From: Vulcanimicrobiota bacterium
GTDB taxonomy: Bacteria > Vulcanimicrobiota > Vulcanimicrobiia > Vulcanimicrobiales > Vulcanimicrobiaceae
Assembly (NCBI GenBank): GCA_003135555.1
Contig: PLCF01000018.1
Coordinates: forward strand, 19,245-53,588
DNA: 34,344 bases
Direction of reading: 5' to 3'
Shown here: in pieces, positions 32,198-34,344 of the stretch
How the letters are laid out: each line of letters opens with the position of its first letter
Position numbering within the stretch: the first letter of the stretch is position 1
Position numbers and translations under genes: made by a program
Notes under the pieces: generated by a model
Seen by the model: the letters and a program-made list of their open reading frames with translations, nothing else
Databases searched by the model: none
Told to the model about the DNA's origin: nothing

Positions 32198-33457
32198 CTG
32201 AAGTTCCTCGCCGCGGCGCTGCTCGCGCTCATGGTGTTGTGTGCCGCCCCCTCCGCCGCGGCGGCCCGCACGCGGCTCGACACGCGCGTCGACATGCTCA
32301 CGACGCAGCAGCTGCTCAAGCGCGACGCCTCGGGGCTCGTCGACGAAGGACGCCAGCGGCGCGCGCGCACGATCGCCGATCTGCGGCACGTCGCCTCGAC
32401 CGGCTGGGGGATCGCGCAGATTCTGGCCTTTTGGTGGCTGTGGCGCTCGGGCGCCGGGGCGCGCATCCGCGACGCGGTGCGCCGTCGTACGCGCAGCCGG
32501 GCCATGCAGCGCACCGTGTTCGGGGCGATCCTGGGCGCGCTCGGTCCGGTTGCTGCGCTCCCCTTCGCGCTGGCGAGTTATCGCATCGGCTTCAATGCCG
32601 GCGTCACCGACGAGCGGCTCCCGCAATGGTTCCTCGACTACCTCTTGCGCATCGGGCTCGACGCGCTGCTCGGCGCCGTGATCGTCGTCGGCGTCCTGAG
32701 CTTGGTCGAGAAGCTGCGCGTGTGGTACCTCGTCGTGATGGCGGCTCTGTTCGCCGGCGCGCTCGCCGGCGTCGCCTTCACCCCCCTATTGCCGTTCGGA
32801 CCGCCGCACAAGACGACGCCGAACGCGCTCGCCGCCGCCGGTGCGCAGCTCGCCGCCGCGGTCGGCGTCCCGGGCACGCCCGTCGTCGTCCTCGCCAGCT
32901 CGCGCCACAGCAACGCGATGGCGGCGCACGCCGCCGGGATCGGCCCGACCTCGCGCGCGCTCGTCGGCGACGTCACGCTGGTCCACATGACGCAGCCCGA
33001 GCTGCGCGTGGCGCTCGCCCACGCGTTCGCCCACGTGCGGTTCGGCGACCCGCTGCGCCAAACGCTGATGGCCGTTTGGCTGTTCGTGCTCGCCGCCGCC
33101 GCCGCGGTGCTGCTCAGCGATCGGGTCGGCTTCCGGCGCGACGACGATGCGCTCTCGCGCCTCGCGCTGGTCTCGACCTTCTTGGGGCTGGTGCTGATCG
33201 TCGTGTATCCAATCTACAACACCTACGCGCGCAACCTCGAAACCCGCGCCGACGGGGCGGCGCTCGCCGCGACGCACGATCCGGCGTCGACCGTGCGCGC
33301 GATGGTGCGCTACGCGGACAACGATTTGGTGCCGCTGTGCGACCGGCGCTCGATTCGCTGGTACTTCGACGACCGTCCGCCGTTGGGTGGGCGCATCGCC
33401 GCGACCGCCGGGACGCCCGATCCCTGTCCCGGGGGCGGCCCCACGCTCTCGCCCTAG
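32198..33457 (+). CDS. Peptidase M48 (Ste24-like) membrane protein with a degenerate active site
   Basis: Multiple TM segments, NA.A..AGIG.T.R..V.D, EL.V.LAH-A-FAH (HExxH lost), E.RAD..A and W....PP...RI. The start is probably CTG 32198 (KFLAAALL signal, GAGG upstream) or ATG 32231. Confidence 0.8.
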   Translation: MKFLAAALLALMVLCAAPSAAAARTRLDTRVDMLTTQQLLKRDASGLVDEGRQRRARTIADLRHVASTGWGIAQILAFWWLWRSGAGARIRDAVRRRTRSRAMQRTVFGAILGALGPVAALPFALASYRIGFNAGVTDERLPQWFLDYLLRIGLDALLGAVIVVGVLSLVEKLRVWYLVVMAALFAGALAGVAFTPLLPFGPPHKTTPNALAAAGAQLAAAVGVPGTPVVVLASSRHSNAMAAHAAGIGPTSRALVGDVTLVHMTQPELRVALAHAFAHVRFGDPLRQTLMAVWLFVLAAAAAVLLSDRVGFRRDDDALSRLALVSTFLGLVLIVVYPIYNTYARNLETRADGAALAATHDPASTVRAMVRYADNDLVPLCDRRSIRWYFDDRPPLGGRIAATAGTPDPCPGGGPTLSP

Positions 33458-33464
33458 CCGGCTG

Positions 33465-34232
33465 CTAGCGGCGCAGGACGCCCGCGAGCGAGCTGACGCG
33501 CGTGTAGCCTTGCGGTACCGCGAAGAGGCTGTCCTCGGGGTTGTCGGGCTGCACGGAGGTGAGGTCCAACTTCATCGTGCCGCCGAAGGCGCCGCTGCTC
33601 GCCGGCACGCTGCGCAGCGTGATCTGCACGGGGAAGTCGTTGAGATCGTCGGCGAGCGCGAGCTGAGCGTGGTAGTCCTCGGGCGACTTGCCGGGCAACT
33701 GGCGCTTCATTTGGATGTCGAGGTTGGTCGCCGGGTGACCGTTTACGGTGCTGTGGCCGACCATCTGGATCGTCGCGGACTGGACGTCGCGCAGCGCCCC
33801 CGAAACGGTCGCGAGCATGGCGAGCGGGTCACCCGCTGCCGCGGGTGCGGACGGTGTGCCGGCCGGTGCGGCCGTCAGGCGCGGGGTCTCGGCGGAGTAG
33901 TAGGTCCGGTTTGCGTTCGACCACGCGGTGAGCCCGCCGCTCGCGCCGTCGTAGAGCATGCTGACCCCGCCCGGGCCGATGAGGGTCGCCGCGAGCGCGC
34001 TCAGGTCGCCGCTGGCGCCCGGAAAGCCCAGCGAGAGCACGTCGAGCCGGTACAGCGACCCCTTGTGGTACAGCGCGACGTTGCCGCCGATATTGAGGGG
34101 CTGGCCCTGGATGTCGGCCAGGACGACGATCGTGCCGCTTGCCCGCAGGCCCGGGATCGCCGGACCCGCGCCGAGCAGCGGGGCCGAGACGAGAAGGAGC
34201 GCCGCCGTCGCGGCCGAGGCACGCAGGTTCAT
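33465..34232 (-). CDS. Hypothetical exported protein (LolA-like/DUF4412-like fold suspected)
   Basis: N-terminal signal peptide, beta-rich body, G...VNGH.A motif and C-terminal P.DSLFAVPQGY, typical of DUF4412/LolA-like proteins. Confidence 0.7.
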   Translation of the reverse strand: MNLRASAATAALLLVSAPLLGAGPAIPGLRASGTIVVLADIQGQPLNIGGNVALYHKGSLYRLDVLSLGFPGASGDLSALAATLIGPGGVSMLYDGASGGLTAWSNANRTYYSAETPRLTAAPAGTPSAPAAAGDPLAMLATVSGALRDVQSATIQMVGHSTVNGHPATNLDIQMKRQLPGKSPEDYHAQLALADDLNDFPVQITLRSVPASSGAFGGTMKLDLTSVQPDNPEDSLFAVPQGYTRVSSLAGVLRR

Positions 34233-34344
34233 CCCGTGTAGACTGTACCCGCCACCTGGGTTCCGAGGTGCCGCGAAGTCAAGAACTCGACGATCGCCGC
34301 GTGCGCGACCCGCCCGTCGCAGATCTGGGCCGCGCCGACGCCGC

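Noticed and set aside
30878..34344. Prophage remnant around the phage-type thyX
   Set aside because: No integrase, structural genes, att-like repeats or evident compositional shift.
1..34344. Numerous Arg/Ala/Pro-rich overlapping ORFs in the six-frame track; tRNA, rRNA, CRISPR and IS elements
   Set aside because: The ORFs are stop-poor shadow frames typical of high-GC DNA. No cloverleaf, rRNA, repeat-spacer array or transposase motif was seen.

Overview
A 34.3-kb, very GC-rich, gene-dense bacterial chromosomal window. The lipoprotein phosphoesterases, cyclase-STAND-TPR gene and promoter style are reminiscent of Eremiobacterota/Vulcanimicrobiota (WPS-2), but that taxonomy is inference only. 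From left to right it holds: infC-rpmI-rplT (minus strand) with an AUA-initiated IF3 and an L20-leader-like attenuator; a CDF transporter; a tricorn protease; a meaB/hydrolase/icmA/icmB B12 acyl-CoA mutase cluster with isobutyryl-CoA-mutase specificity residues; gltX-glmU; two tandem phosphoesterase lipoproteins; two tandem beta-repeat proteins of unknown function; a roughly 14-kb purine catabolism cluster; and a VOC protein, a ThyX-like gene, an M48-like membrane protein and a secreted hypothetical. The purine cluster comprises puuE, adenine deaminase, an allantoate-amidohydrolase-like M20 enzyme, a stand-alone allophanate-hydrolase C-domain/GGCT protein, uraH, puuD, uraD, 8-oxoguanine deaminase and an Xdh-family molybdoenzyme. 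It is interrupted by an adenylate cyclase-STAND-TPR gene and a convergent small secreted ORF. The most notable observations are: (1) the ThyX-like protein has its motifs in circularly permuted order; (2) an orphan AH_C/GGCT protein sits where the missing post-allantoate step would be; (3) a sigma-H-like AGG-N18-G(A/T)A element recurs in front of many genes, often 9-14 nt before the start codon; (4) the M48 protein has lost its catalytic Glu; (5) a coupled pair of 7-repeat beta proteins. No rRNA, tRNA, CRISPR array or mobile element was seen. All family assignments come from motif recognition by eye, not from database searches.
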